From: an uncultured Planctomycetaceae bacterium
GTDB taxonomy: Bacteria > Planctomycetota > Planctomycetia > Pirellulales > UBA1268
Assembly (NCBI GenBank): GCA_903951635.1
Contig: CAJBCV010000037.1
Span: 1 to 56,682 of the forward strand
DNA length: 56,682 bases
Reading direction: 5' to 3'
Below, in pieces: positions 1 through 9,376 of the stretch. The notes beneath the pieces are model-generated. The model worked only from the letters and a program-made list of their open reading frames with translations. It searched no databases and had not been told where the DNA came from. The position numbers and the translations under genes are program-made. Numbering within the stretch: the first letter of the stretch is position 1; each line of letters begins with the position of its first letter.

Positions 1-57
1 AACAGTTTCGGGTTCGGAGGGCACAACGCCTCGTTGGTGCTGGCCAGGTTCAAGTAG
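1..57 (+). CDS. fabF: 3'-terminal fragment of a beta-ketoacyl-ACP synthase (KAS I/II type); the 5' end lies outside the window
   Basis: Frame 1 reads NSFGFGGHNASLVLARFK then TAG (55-57). NSFGFGG(H/T)N is the canonical C-terminal motif of condensing enzymes. Confidence 0.75.
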   Translation, partial: NSFGFGGHNASLVLARFK

Positions 58-246
58 CCACGAGGCCCCCAAGCGGTCCAGGGGCGCACGCGGTGGCGTG
101 ATTCCCGCCGGCCCGGGGCTGGATCCCCGATTCGCCTTGCTGTGCCCGCCGTGCCCCCCCTACCCTGCTGCCGATCGGCAGCTTTTCGGTCGCTCGGGGG
201 ATCCGGGCCGAGCGGCTGCGGATCGCTCCCCACGGGGGTCCGTTCG

Positions 247-1242
247 ATGCCTTTTCCCCGCTCCTTCTTTCGTGTCGCAGCGTGGGGCAGCCTCGTGGTG
301 ATGCTCCTTGGGCCCGGTGCGACCACAGCCCAGGCCCAACTGCCCGCCGAGGCGGGGCAGACCTTCGCCGCCCATGACATCTCCCCCTGGGTCAGGCAGG
401 CCGGCCCCGGGAGCCAGAAATACATCGTCGATTGGGTGCTCCAGGAGACCGGCTACGCCGCTTGGCACGGGGCCGTGCCGGCGTCGCTCTCGGCTGACGA
501 GAGCCAACTCCGGGTGTTTCATCAGCCGGAGATGCAGCAGCGCGTCGAGGAGATCGTGGCCCGGTTCACCACCGCGGCGGACACGCCCCACCGTTTCGCC
601 GTCAGGGTGATGGGAGTGGGGACGCCGTCGTGGCGGAACGACGCCCGTGCCCTGCTCCACGCCATTCCGGCGGCGACCCCCGGCGTTCAGGCCTGGATCA
701 TGTCGCGCGAGGAGGCGGCCACGCTCTTGGCGATGTTCCGCCGCCGCGGCGACTGTGCCGAACTTCCCACGGGCGCCGTGCAGGCGGCCAACGGCCTTCC
801 GGCTGTCCTCGCCGGCGGCCGGAAGCGTCCCTATGTGCAAGAGATCCAGCCGGTGCCGGTGGCGCCGGGGTGGCAGACGTTCCCGGCCGCCTGCGACGAG
901 GGGATCACGCTCGACGTCCAACCGCTCCTCAGCCGGGACGGCAGTGCCGTCGAGGCGGTCCTCCGCTGTCGCATCGACCAGGTCGAGCGGATGGCGATCG
1001 TCCCGGTCACGCTTCCGACCCCCGAGAGGCAACGGGCCCAGATCGAGGTGCCGCAGGTCTCGGCCGTCCGCATCGGGGAGCGCTTCCGCTGGCCGACGAA
1101 CCAGGTCCTCGTCGTGGGGCTGGGGTTGGTACCCTGGCCGGTGCCGGGCAACAATACCGCCGGTTCTGCGGCGCTCCTCGCCGACGCCAAGAGAACCGAC
1201 GTGGTGGTGTTCGTGGAGCCCCGACTCCGTGGGGCGCCGTAG
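247..1242 (+). CDS. secreted hypothetical protein whose C-terminal half resembles a secretin domain
   Basis: An ATG at 247 lies inside ORF 142-1242 and gives a signal-peptide-like N-terminus, MPFPRSFFRVAAWGSLVVMLLGPGATTAQAQ. The C-terminal half (GITLDVQPLLSRDGSAVEAVL ... IEVPQVSAVRIGERFRWPTNQVLVVGLG ... KRTDVVVFVEPRL) follows the pattern of type II/III secretin domains. The family call is from memory of that pattern only. Confidence 0.55.
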   Translation: MPFPRSFFRVAAWGSLVVMLLGPGATTAQAQLPAEAGQTFAAHDISPWVRQAGPGSQKYIVDWVLQETGYAAWHGAVPASLSADESQLRVFHQPEMQQRVEEIVARFTTAADTPHRFAVRVMGVGTPSWRNDARALLHAIPAATPGVQAWIMSREEAATLLAMFRRRGDCAELPTGAVQAANGLPAVLAGGRKRPYVQEIQPVPVAPGWQTFPAACDEGITLDVQPLLSRDGSAVEAVLRCRIDQVERMAIVPVTLPTPERQRAQIEVPQVSAVRIGERFRWPTNQVLVVGLGLVPWPVPGNNTAGSAALLADAKRTDVVVFVEPRLRGAP

Positions 1243-1330
1243 ATGCCTTCGGCGTTCCTGATGCCCTCCTGATGTCCGCTTGTCCGGGCAGCCGGCCCTG
1301 TCTGCGTGCCGGCGCCCCGAGGAACCTTGC

Positions 1331-2653
1331 ATGACCGCTCCCGTCCGTCGCGTCGTCGTCACTGGGGTGGGGCTCGTCTCGCCCCTCGGGCTCTCGCCGG
1401 ATGAGCTCTGGTCGAGCCTCGCCGCCGGGCAAAGTGCCGTCGGCCCGATCTCGCTGTTCCCCACCGAAGGGCTGCCGCTCCATCACGGCGCCGAGGCCCG
1501 CGGATTCACCGGTGAGATCGACAACTTCGGGCCGCTCGAGGGGGAGACGAAGAAGGCGATCCGCAAGGGGCTCAAGGTGATGTGCCGGGAGAGCCAGATG
1601 GCCGTTGCCGCGGCGCAGCGCGCCCTCCACGACTGCGGCTTGCTGGGAGCGAATCGAGTTCCGGAGCGATTCGGGTGTGTCTTCGGTTCGGATTACATGC
1701 TCACGTTGCCGGAGGATTTCACCTCCGGAGTAGCCAAGTGCCGCGGCGTCGACGGGGGCTTCGAGTTCGATCGTTGGGCCACCGACGGGATGCCGCTGCT
1801 CAACCCGCTGTGGCTGCTCAAGTATCTCCCCAACATGCCGGCCAGCCACATCGCCATCTACAACGACCTCCGCGGCCCGAGTAACTCGCTCACGCTTCGC
1901 GAAGCCAGCGGCCACGTGGCCGTCGGAGAGGCGACGATGACGATCCAGCGCGGGGCCGCCGATGTCATGCTCGCGGGAGCGACCGGCACCCGCGTCCATC
2001 CCATGAAGACGGTCCATGCCCTGCAGAGCGAGCAGGTGGCGCTCGGGACGGACGATCCGGCCACCTGGAGCCGGCCCTTCGACCGTTTCCGGCGCGGCAT
2101 GGTGCTCGGCGAGGGAGCGGCGGTGTTGGTCCTCGAGGAGCTCGAGCATGCCCTGCGCCGCGGCGCGACGATCCTCGGCGAGGTGCTCGGCCATGCGTCG
2201 CGCCACGCCGCTGACCGCTTCAACATCGGATTGCGGCGAAAGTCGCTCGCTCTGGCGATGTCCCGCGCGCTTGCCATGGCGGACCTCCCTGGGGGCCGTC
2301 CCGGCCATCTCCATGCCCACGGGCTGAGCACGGTGGGCGGGGACCGAAGCGAGGCCGAGGCGCTCGGCGACGTCCTCGGGCCCGGCGCGGCCGGAATCCC
2401 CACCGTGGCGGCGAAGGCCAACTTCGGCAATCTCGGTGCCGGCAGTGGGCTCGTGGAATGCGTCGCCAGCCTGTGGGCGATGCGGCGTGGGACCCTCTTT
2501 CCGCTCGTCAATTACACGACCCCCGACCCGGATTGTCCGATTCGGGCCGCGGTCGCCGGAGACGAGGCGGGAGCCTCCTTCCTGTCGGCCTCCGTCACCC
2601 CCCAGGGGCAGGCTGGGGCGGTGGTGATCGCGGCTTGGAATCGCGTTGCCTAG
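1331..2653 (+). CDS. beta-ketoacyl synthase-like protein lacking the active-site cysteine (KS-beta / chain-length-factor-like paralogue)
   Basis: The N-terminus RRVVVTGVGLVSPLG is typical of KAS enzymes. LRGPSNSLTLREASGHVAVGEA aligns to the FabF LRGPSISIATACTSG region, with Glu (GAA 1901-1903) at the catalytic Cys position. HAHGLST keeps the first His. KANFGNLGAGSG has Asn where the second catalytic His sits. The ATG at 1331 was chosen inside ORF 1280-2653. Confidence 0.8.
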   Translation: MTAPVRRVVVTGVGLVSPLGLSPDELWSSLAAGQSAVGPISLFPTEGLPLHHGAEARGFTGEIDNFGPLEGETKKAIRKGLKVMCRESQMAVAAAQRALHDCGLLGANRVPERFGCVFGSDYMLTLPEDFTSGVAKCRGVDGGFEFDRWATDGMPLLNPLWLLKYLPNMPASHIAIYNDLRGPSNSLTLREASGHVAVGEATMTIQRGAADVMLAGATGTRVHPMKTVHALQSEQVALGTDDPATWSRPFDRFRRGMVLGEGAAVLVLEELEHALRRGATILGEVLGHASRHAADRFNIGLRRKSLALAMSRALAMADLPGGRPGHLHAHGLSTVGGDRSEAEALGDVLGPGAAGIPTVAAKANFGNLGAGSGLVECVASLWAMRRGTLFPLVNYTTPDPDCPIRAAVAGDEAGASFLSASVTPQGQAGAVVIAAWNRVA

Positions 2654-3116
2654 CCAGCGACGGGGGCGGTCGTCGACGATTCATGGCCCCCTCTCCCCCG
2701 CGGGGCGGAGGGAGGCTCCTTGACAGTCGAGTGCCCTCCCCATACCCTTCCGGGTTGTGCCTCGTGGAGGTGGCTGCTGGAGTCCGGAGCGCCGTCGGGT
2801 GGTGCGTCTCGGAGGGGGGGTTCCCCTTCGGTGTCGCGTCGTTTGGCGGGCGACCAGTTCGTGTGTGGCGTCGGCCGTCCGGTATCGTTCCTCGGGCACA
2901 AGTGCCTGGTGGGCCTGCCGGTTCGGGATCTCGCTGCCAACGTCGGGTCAACGTGCCGCTGGTGGCTGATGCCGCCCGAGGCATGGTCCGAGTTGACAGT
3001 CGTTCCCGAGCCAGTGCCGACATTCGCAGGATCGAGACTTGGCGCCGCTCCCCGCGGGCGGTGCCGAGGAAGACCGACCACGACCTTGTTCGCCGAGATC
3101 GCCGTCCGAGACACTC

Positions 3117-4478
3117 ATGAAGCCAGAAGAAATCCTCCGCATCGTCGATGCGATTCACCGCGACAAGAACATCGACAAGGAGATCGTCTTCCAGGCGATC
3201 GAGGCCGCGCTGGTCACCGCGCTGACGCGGCAGTACGGCGAAGCCTCCGATGTGCAGATCGCGATCGATCGGACCGACGGCCGCGTTCATGGCAGCCGTG
3301 ACGGCGTGGAGATCGACACTGCCGAGTTGTCGGGGCGGATCGGTGCCCAGACGGCCAAGCAGGTCATCATCCAAAAGATCCGCGAAGCCGAACGGGACGC
3401 GATCCACGACGAGTTCGAGGAACAGATCGGCCTGATGGTTTCTGGCGTCGTCAGCCGGTTCGAGGGCGCCACGGCCACCGTGACGCTCGGGGCCACGGAG
3501 GCGATTCTGCCACGCAGCGAGCAGATCCCCGGTGAGACGTTTCATCCCAACGAACGCATCCGCGCCACGATCTTCGAGGTTCGCAAGGTCGGGAGCCGGG
3601 TGAAGATCATCCTCTCCCGGATCCGGCCTCAACTCGTGCAGCGGCTGTTCGAACAGGAGATTCCCGAGATCGCCGATGGCGTCATCGAGATCAGGGCGAT
3701 CTCCCGGGAGCCTGGTTACCGCAGCAAGGTGGCCGTCATCAGCTCCGACGCCCGGGTCGACTGTGTCGGCGCCTGTGTCGGCGTCCGCGGCAACCGCATC
3801 AAGAACATCGTCGAGGAACTCGGTGGCGAGCGGATCGACATCGTCCGATGGAGCGACGACCTCCAGGTTCTCGTCCCCAACGCCCTGCAGCCGGCCGAGG
3901 TTGACGAGGTGATCCTCTGTCAGATGCTCGGCCGCGGCATCGTGCTTGTGCGCGAGGATCAGCTCTCCTTGGCGATCGGTCGCCGGGGTCAAAACGTCCG
4001 TCTCGCCAGCAAGTTGTGCGGTTGGGACATCGAGATCATGACCCGCGAGGAACTCGATCAGCAGATCGAGCGTGCCGTTACCGGGTTCTCCTCGATTCCG
4101 GGGCTCGACGAGTCGGTCGCCGAGAAACTGGTCGGTGAGGGATTCCTCTCCTACGACGATCTGTCGGTGATCGAGCCGGACGACCTCATGGAAATGGGGG
4201 GCCTGTCGGCCGAGACCGTCGATCAGATCGTGGCCGAGGCCGAGGTGCGGGCCGCGCAGGCCGAGGCTGCTGCCGCCGACGAGCGCCGCAAGCAGCGTGA
4301 ACAGGATCGCATCGACCGGGCGACGGCCGAGGCAGACGCTGCCGAGCAGGCGGTCACGGCTGCCCGTGAAGCCCAGGAGCCGGCCGCCGTTGGCGACAGT
4401 TCCGCGGCCGAGGCATCTTCAGCGGGGGCGCCCGAGGCGGCCTCCGAAGAGTCCTCGCCGGCAGGTGGGCGGGAGTGA
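3117..4478 (+). CDS. nusA: transcription termination/antitermination factor NusA
   Basis: The protein starts [35 protein letters not shown] and contains S1 and tandem KH-like segments ([26 protein letters not shown]; [22 protein letters not shown]). It has an Ala/Glu-rich tail. It sits immediately upstream of infB. Confidence 0.95.
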   Translation: MKPEEILRIVDAIHRDKNIDKEIVFQAIEAALVTALTRQYGEASDVQIAIDRTDGRVHGSRDGVEIDTAELSGRIGAQTAKQVIIQKIREAERDAIHDEFEEQIGLMVSGVVSRFEGATATVTLGATEAILPRSEQIPGETFHPNERIRATIFEVRKVGSRVKIILSRIRPQLVQRLFEQEIPEIADGVIEIRAISREPGYRSKVAVISSDARVDCVGACVGVRGNRIKNIVEELGGERIDIVRWSDDLQVLVPNALQPAEVDEVILCQMLGRGIVLVREDQLSLAIGRRGQNVRLASKLCGWDIEIMTREELDQQIERAVTGFSSIPGLDESVAEKLVGEGFLSYDDLSVIEPDDLMEMGGLSAETVDQIVAEAEVRAAQAEAAAADERRKQREQDRIDRATAEADAAEQAVTAAREAQEPAAVGDSSAAEASSAGAPEAASEESSPAGGRE

Positions 4479-4679
4479 TGGCCAGGGTCAAAGTGGTTTT
4501 TGGGTCTGTAAAAAAGGCCCTTTTGGGTTCTGCAGGGCGAGCGACCCCTGGTTGCCGGTGCGATGGTGACAGTGGGCTCGGTTTTGCAAGCGACGGTGTT
4601 CCGGGTAGGTTGGCTGGGTCGGGATTCGGGTCTGATGGCCCTCCCGCTGGTGTGATCACGTGGGCGGTGGCCCGACGAG

Positions 4680-7583
4680 GTGAGCGTGGCAGTTCGTATC
4701 TACACCCTGGCGAAGGAATTGAAACTCGACAGCAAAGAGCTTGTCGAGATTTGCTCTCGCGCCGGTATCCAGGACAAGGGCTCGGCGCTCGCCAGCATGA
4801 CCGACGAGGAAGTCGCCCGGCTCAAGGAGTTCATGGCCGGCAAGGCGGCGAAGCCCGCTGAGCGGCCTGCCGCCGGTGGCGCGGCGCTCGTTCGGCCGGC
4901 TGTGCCTGTGCGCCCCGCCATCAGCGGCAAGCCTCCGGTGATCACCGCCAAGAATCCCTCCACCACGGCGACAAAACCTGCCCCTTCGACTCCCGAACCG
5001 AAGCCGGCGGTCGTGATGCGGCCGCTGTCCGGACCTCTGGGAGCCAGTCGCACCTCCGACGGGCCAGGCGTGCGTCGCTCCGAACCGGCGCCACAACGCC
5101 CTATCGAGGCGATCGCTCCCGCGGAGCCAGCGCCCCAGGCGCCGATCGCGCCGCTCCCTCCCCCTCCTCCCCCGCCGCCGCGGACCTCCGGTCCGCTCCG
5201 CCGCGAGGACTACATCGCCCCTGGCGGTGTCGCAGCCCGTACCAAGCCGCCGGAACTCGGCGGAAAGGCGACTGAGCCGCGGCCGCGGCCGGCGGGTCTC
5301 CGCCCCGGTGGCGACGGTTCCAAGCCGCTCCCCCGACCGGCGTTCAAGCTCGCGCCGCTCCCGGCTGCCGGGCGCCCCGCAGCGCCGCGGGTGTCGTCGG
5401 AGCCGGTCGCCCAGAAGCCGGACGTCAAACTCCCGCTCGACGCCATTCGCAGTGCGAAGGCCGGTGGTGCCAAGCCGCTTGCCGACCACATGCGCAAGCA
5501 CGAGCAGCGGCAGGCAGCGGAGGGGCGTCCGCGTCCCGGTGGGCCCGCTGGCCCGGCCAGGCCGGGGGGGCGTGGTGGGCCGGGAATGGCTCCCGTGCCG
5601 CCGCTTTTGGAATCTGGCGTTCGACCCCGCCGCACCCCGGCGAAGGGCCCGGGTGGCCCCGACGATACCCCTGGCCGCGAGTCGAAGCAGATCGGGCGAC
5701 GCCGCTTTGATCGTGGCGTCGGTGACGACGATGACGGCGGTGGCCGTCGCCGTCGGTCTTCGCGTCCCCGCCGTGGGATCACGATCTCGACCGCCGCACC
5801 GCGGAAAACGAACGCCTCGATTCAGGTGCCCTGCACCGTGCGTGCGTTCTCCGAGGCGATCGGCCTTTCGGCCAGCGACGTTCTCAAGAAACTGCTCACC
5901 TTCGGCATGGCCACGATGCCGAGCATGGGCACGATGCTCGACCGTGACACCGTCGAATTGCTCGCCGCCGAACTCGGCGTCCAACTCGATCTGAAGACGG
6001 CCGAGGATCTCGAAAAGGAACTTCTCGCCGGCTTCGACGCGGTGGACGAGGATCCCACCCTCCGAGAGCCCCGCGCTCCGATCGTGACGTTCCTCGGCCA
6101 CGTCGACCATGGGAAGACGTCTCTCCTCGACCGCATTTTGGGGATGAATGTCGCCGCCCGCGAGAGCGGTGGCATCACCCAGCACATCCGCGCCTACACG
6201 GTCAAGCACCACGGAAAGTCGATCACGTTCGTCGATACGCCGGGGCACGAGGCCTTCACGCAGATGCGGGCCCGCGGTGCGAATGTCACCGACTGCGCCG
6301 TCCTCATCATCGCGGCCGACGACGGGATCATGCCGCAGACGGAAGAGGCGATCAGTCACGCCAAGGCAGCCGGGGTGCCGATCGTCGTCTGTATCAACAA
6401 AATCGATCTTCCCGGCATCGACGTCCAGCGGATCTATCAGCAACTCGCTGCCAGCGATCTCCTTCCCACGGAGTGGGGCGGTGAGACGGAGGTGGTGAAG
6501 ACCAGCGCCCTGACCGGCGAGGGTGTCGATCAACTCCTCGACATGCTCCTGACGATCGCCGAACTTCACGACCTCCGCGTCAATCCCTCGCGGGCGGCGG
6601 CGGGGGTATGCCTCGACGCCTCGATCCACGAGGGACGCGGTGTCTCCGCCTGCCTCCTCGTTCAGAAGGGGACGCTCCGCGTCGGTGACTCGCTCGTCTG
6701 TGGCGAGGCCAGCGGAACTGTCAAAGCGATGCACGACACCCTCGGCAAGAAGCGGATCACCGAGGCCGGGCCGTCGCAACCCGTGCTCGTCAGTGGTCTC
6801 GACATCGCTCCCGGTGCCGGTGATCGCTTTCAGGTGGTCGACTCGATCGCCATGGCCCGGGAAGTGGCTCTCAAGCGAAGCGGGATCCGCCGTCAGAGCC
6901 ATCTCTCGAGTGCTCCGGTGCACGTCACGCTCGAGAATCTCCTCGACCGTCTCGGCACGCAGAAGACGCCGACGCTCAACCTCATCGTCCGTGCGGACGT
7001 TCGTGGGTCGATCGAGGCGATCCTCAAGGAGCTCACGAAGCTCGATCATCCCGAGGTCAAGATCCGGATCCTCCAGTCGACGGTCGGCGGGGTCACGGAG
7101 GCCGACGTCCAACTCGCCGATGCGTCCGACGCGATCATCATCGCCTTCAACGTCGTGCCCGACGAGCGGGCCCGTTCCCTCGCCGAGGATCTCGGCGTTC
7201 AGGTGCGGCGTTACGAGATCATCTACCAAGTCACCGACGATCTGCGGAATGCCCTCGAGGGAATGCTCGCTCCGGAGAAGCGGGAGACGGAACTGGGGCG
7301 GGCTGTCGTTCAGCGCACCTACTCGATCAGCCGGCTCGGCGTCATCGCCGGCTGCCGCGTGATCTCCGGGGTGATCGCCCGCAACGGTCGGCTCCGTGTG
7401 ATCCGCGACAATCGCGTCCTCGGGGATTACGGCATCGAGTCGCTCAAGCGTGAGAAGGACGACGCCCGCGAGGTACGCGACGGGTTGGAGTGCGGCATCA
7501 AGGTGGCCAATTTCAACGACGTCAAGGAGGGCGACGTCCTCGAATGCTACCGGATCGAGGAAGTCGCACGGACGCTGTCGTGA
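4680..7583 (+). CDS. infB: translation initiation factor IF-2
   Basis: GTG start. The N-terminus is [20 protein letters not shown], followed by a long Pro/Ala-rich linker. GTPase motifs are present: [24 protein letters not shown] and INKIDL. The C-terminus is typical of IF-2. An alternative GTG start lies at 4686. Confidence 0.96.
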   Translation: MSVAVRIYTLAKELKLDSKELVEICSRAGIQDKGSALASMTDEEVARLKEFMAGKAAKPAERPAAGGAALVRPAVPVRPAISGKPPVITAKNPSTTATKPAPSTPEPKPAVVMRPLSGPLGASRTSDGPGVRRSEPAPQRPIEAIAPAEPAPQAPIAPLPPPPPPPPRTSGPLRREDYIAPGGVAARTKPPELGGKATEPRPRPAGLRPGGDGSKPLPRPAFKLAPLPAAGRPAAPRVSSEPVAQKPDVKLPLDAIRSAKAGGAKPLADHMRKHEQRQAAEGRPRPGGPAGPARPGGRGGPGMAPVPPLLESGVRPRRTPAKGPGGPDDTPGRESKQIGRRRFDRGVGDDDDGGGRRRRSSRPRRGITISTAAPRKTNASIQVPCTVRAFSEAIGLSASDVLKKLLTFGMATMPSMGTMLDRDTVELLAAELGVQLDLKTAEDLEKELLAGFDAVDEDPTLREPRAPIVTFLGHVDHGKTSLLDRILGMNVAARESGGITQHIRAYTVKHHGKSITFVDTPGHEAFTQMRARGANVTDCAVLIIAADDGIMPQTEEAISHAKAAGVPIVVCINKIDLPGIDVQRIYQQLAASDLLPTEWGGETEVVKTSALTGEGVDQLLDMLLTIAELHDLRVNPSRAAAGVCLDASIHEGRGVSACLLVQKGTLRVGDSLVCGEASGTVKAMHDTLGKKRITEAGPSQPVLVSGLDIAPGAGDRFQVVDSIAMAREVALKRSGIRRQSHLSSAPVHVTLENLLDRLGTQKTPTLNLIVRADVRGSIEAILKELTKLDHPEVKIRILQSTVGGVTEADVQLADASDAIIIAFNVVPDERARSLAEDLGVQVRRYEIIYQVTDDLRNALEGMLAPEKRETELGRAVVQRTYSISRLGVIAGCRVISGVIARNGRLRVIRDNRVLGDYGIESLKREKDDAREVRDGLECGIKVANFNDVKEGDVLECYRIEEVARTLS

Positions 7584-8038
7584 GCACTCGACGCCAACTC
7601 AAGGCCGCCGAGGCGGTGCGGGGGGTGGTCAGCATGGCCATCCTTACCGAGGTGCAGGATCCGCGGGTCCGTGACGTCACCGTCACCGGGGTGGAGATGG
7701 ATGCCGACATGCGTTCGGCCACCATCCATGTCTCGGTGATGGGGGACGAGGCCAAGCAGAAGTTGGCCCTGCGGGGGCTGGCAAACTCGGCTGGTTTCCT
7801 CCAGTCGCGGATCGCCGATCGGATCGAGACCCGCTACACCCCCCGGCTCCGCTTCGAACTCGATGGCGGTGTGAAGAAATCGCTCGAAATCGCCCGTGTT
7901 CTGGCGGAGGTGCTGGGACCCTCCACCGAGGATGAGGGCGTCGTCGCCCCGGTCGATGCACAGACTGAATCGCCGGAACTCCGGCGGAAGGCTCCGGCGG
8001 ACGAGGCGCCGGGCGAGGATGAACAGGAACAGGCATGA
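7580..8038 (+). CDS. rbfA: ribosome-binding factor A
   Basis: The GTG at 7580 overlaps the infB stop (GTGA). RbfA-like motifs include [52 protein letters not shown] and YTPRLRFELD. The protein has an acidic C-terminal extension. Confidence 0.9.
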   Translation: MSTRRQLKAAEAVRGVVSMAILTEVQDPRVRDVTVTGVEMDADMRSATIHVSVMGDEAKQKLALRGLANSAGFLQSRIADRIETRYTPRLRFELDGGVKKSLEIARVLAEVLGPSTEDEGVVAPVDAQTESPELRRKAPADEAPGEDEQEQA

Positions 8039-9282
8039 CCACACCGAATCGGCAGCAGCCCAATCGCCAGCAGCTCGTTGCCAAGCTCCACAAGGCGCTG
8101 CGCGCCACCTACAAGCCGGTCGATCCGGACACTCAAGTCCCGCTCCTCGAGCAGGTCCTCTACGCCTGCTGCCTCGAGAACGCCCCGTATGACGTGGCTG
8201 TGCAGGCCTACAAGCGACTCGGTGAGACGTACTTTGACCTCAACGAGGTCCGCGTCACGACGGTGGCCGAACTCGCCGAGACGCTCCACGACCTCCCCGA
8301 TCCCTCCCGGGCCGCCCTCGCGCTCCGCCGGGTGCTCCAGGGGGTGTTCGAATCGACTTACAGCTTCTCGCTCGACAACGCCAAGAAGCATTCGATCGCC
8401 CATGGCATGAAGACCCTCGAGCACATCCACGGCATCCCGCCGTTCGTCGTGGCCTTCATCGGCTCGACGGCGCTCGGGGGGCACTACATCCCCGTCGATC
8501 TGGGGGCGATGCAGGGGCTGTTCCTCACCGGCGTGATGTCGCAAGAGGAATACGACGCCGAGAAGTGCCCCGGGCTCGATCGCTTCATTCCCAAGAAGGC
8601 CGGGTTGGAGTTCGGCTCGTTGCTCCACCAATTCGGCGTCGACGTGCTGACGAATCTCCACGGCGCCTCGGTGAAGAAGGTGGTGCAGGCGGTCAACCCG
8701 GATGCCAAGCGGATGCCAAAGCGTGGCGAGCCGCTCCCTCTCCCAGTTCCCCCGCCTCCCCCGGCCGGCAAAGAGGCCCAGAAGGCTGCGGAAGCAGCCC
8801 GCACCGCGGCCGAGGAACACCGCCCCGCGGGCCCGCAGGCGGCGGCCCGTCCTGCCGGGAAGACCCCGCTTCCCCCGCCTGGATCGGGGCCGAAACGTGC
8901 TGCCGACGGCACCCTCGTCGCCGGGGCGAAACCGGGTCCGAAGCCGTTCGTCGTCAAGCCGAACGTCGGTCGGCCGATCACGATCAAGCCGGCTGAGCCG
9001 GAAGACGCGGCTGCCGTCGCCCCCGCGGCACCGGCCAAAAAGTCCGACGCTGCCAAGAAGGCGACCGCAGGCAAAGCGCCCGCCGCCCCCAAGGGGGCCG
9101 AAAAGCCGGCGGCAAAGAAGCCGGCTGGCTCGGAGGGCCACAAGTCCGCCGAGAAGTCGTCCGACAAGTCTTCCGAAAAGGGGAATGCCGCGGCGAAGAG
9201 CAAGGGATCGAAGCCTGCCGCCGACCGCCCCTCGGTCGGAGATCGGCACTCCGATGACCTGACCCGTCGCAAGCCGCGGTGA
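8035..9282 (+). CDS. HhH-GPD (endonuclease III)-like domain protein with a Lys/Ala/Pro-rich histone-H1-like C-terminal tail
   Basis: The ATG at 8035 overlaps the rbfA stop (ATGA). The segment LEHIHGIPPFVVAFIGSTALGGHYIPVDLG resembles the helix-hairpin-helix LPGVGxKTAxxVLxxAFGxPxxxVD of the Nth/MutY superfamily. The last ~190 residues are low complexity (PPPPPAGKEAQKAAEAA..., AKKSDAAKKATAGKAPAAPKGAEKPAAKKPAG...). Confidence 0.7.
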   Translation: MTTPNRQQPNRQQLVAKLHKALRATYKPVDPDTQVPLLEQVLYACCLENAPYDVAVQAYKRLGETYFDLNEVRVTTVAELAETLHDLPDPSRAALALRRVLQGVFESTYSFSLDNAKKHSIAHGMKTLEHIHGIPPFVVAFIGSTALGGHYIPVDLGAMQGLFLTGVMSQEEYDAEKCPGLDRFIPKKAGLEFGSLLHQFGVDVLTNLHGASVKKVVQAVNPDAKRMPKRGEPLPLPVPPPPPAGKEAQKAAEAARTAAEEHRPAGPQAAARPAGKTPLPPPGSGPKRAADGTLVAGAKPGPKPFVVKPNVGRPITIKPAEPEDAAAVAPAAPAKKSDAAKKATAGKAPAAPKGAEKPAAKKPAGSEGHKSAEKSSDKSSEKGNAAAKSKGSKPAADRPSVGDRHSDDLTRRKPR

Positions 9283-9376
9283 GTGTCGGGGGGAAGGCGG
9301 TCAAGAACCGACGCTTCCACCGACGACCAGACGCACATGGATTCCCGAGATTCTCCTTGAGCCAACGGAGCAGCGC

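Noticed and set aside
2654-3116. Possible tRNA, tmRNA or RNase P RNA in the long gap upstream of nusA
   Set aside because: - The ggttcgggatc stretch has no complementary T-stem and no acceptor or CCA context.
- The ggagtccggagc stretch only loosely resembles the RNase P P4 GGAAAGUCCGG.
- The gggggcggtcgtcgacgattc stretch recalls a tmRNA 5' end, but there is no matching 3' tRNA-like end.
- No RNA gene can be supported by eye. The gap is retained only as an unexplained-gap finding.
4656-7229. 857-aa ORF on the minus strand
   Set aside because: It is exactly antisense to infB, whose GTPase motifs are unambiguous. The translation is Arg/Gly/Pro/Asp-rich low-information sequence, typical of shadow ORFs in GC3-saturated genes.
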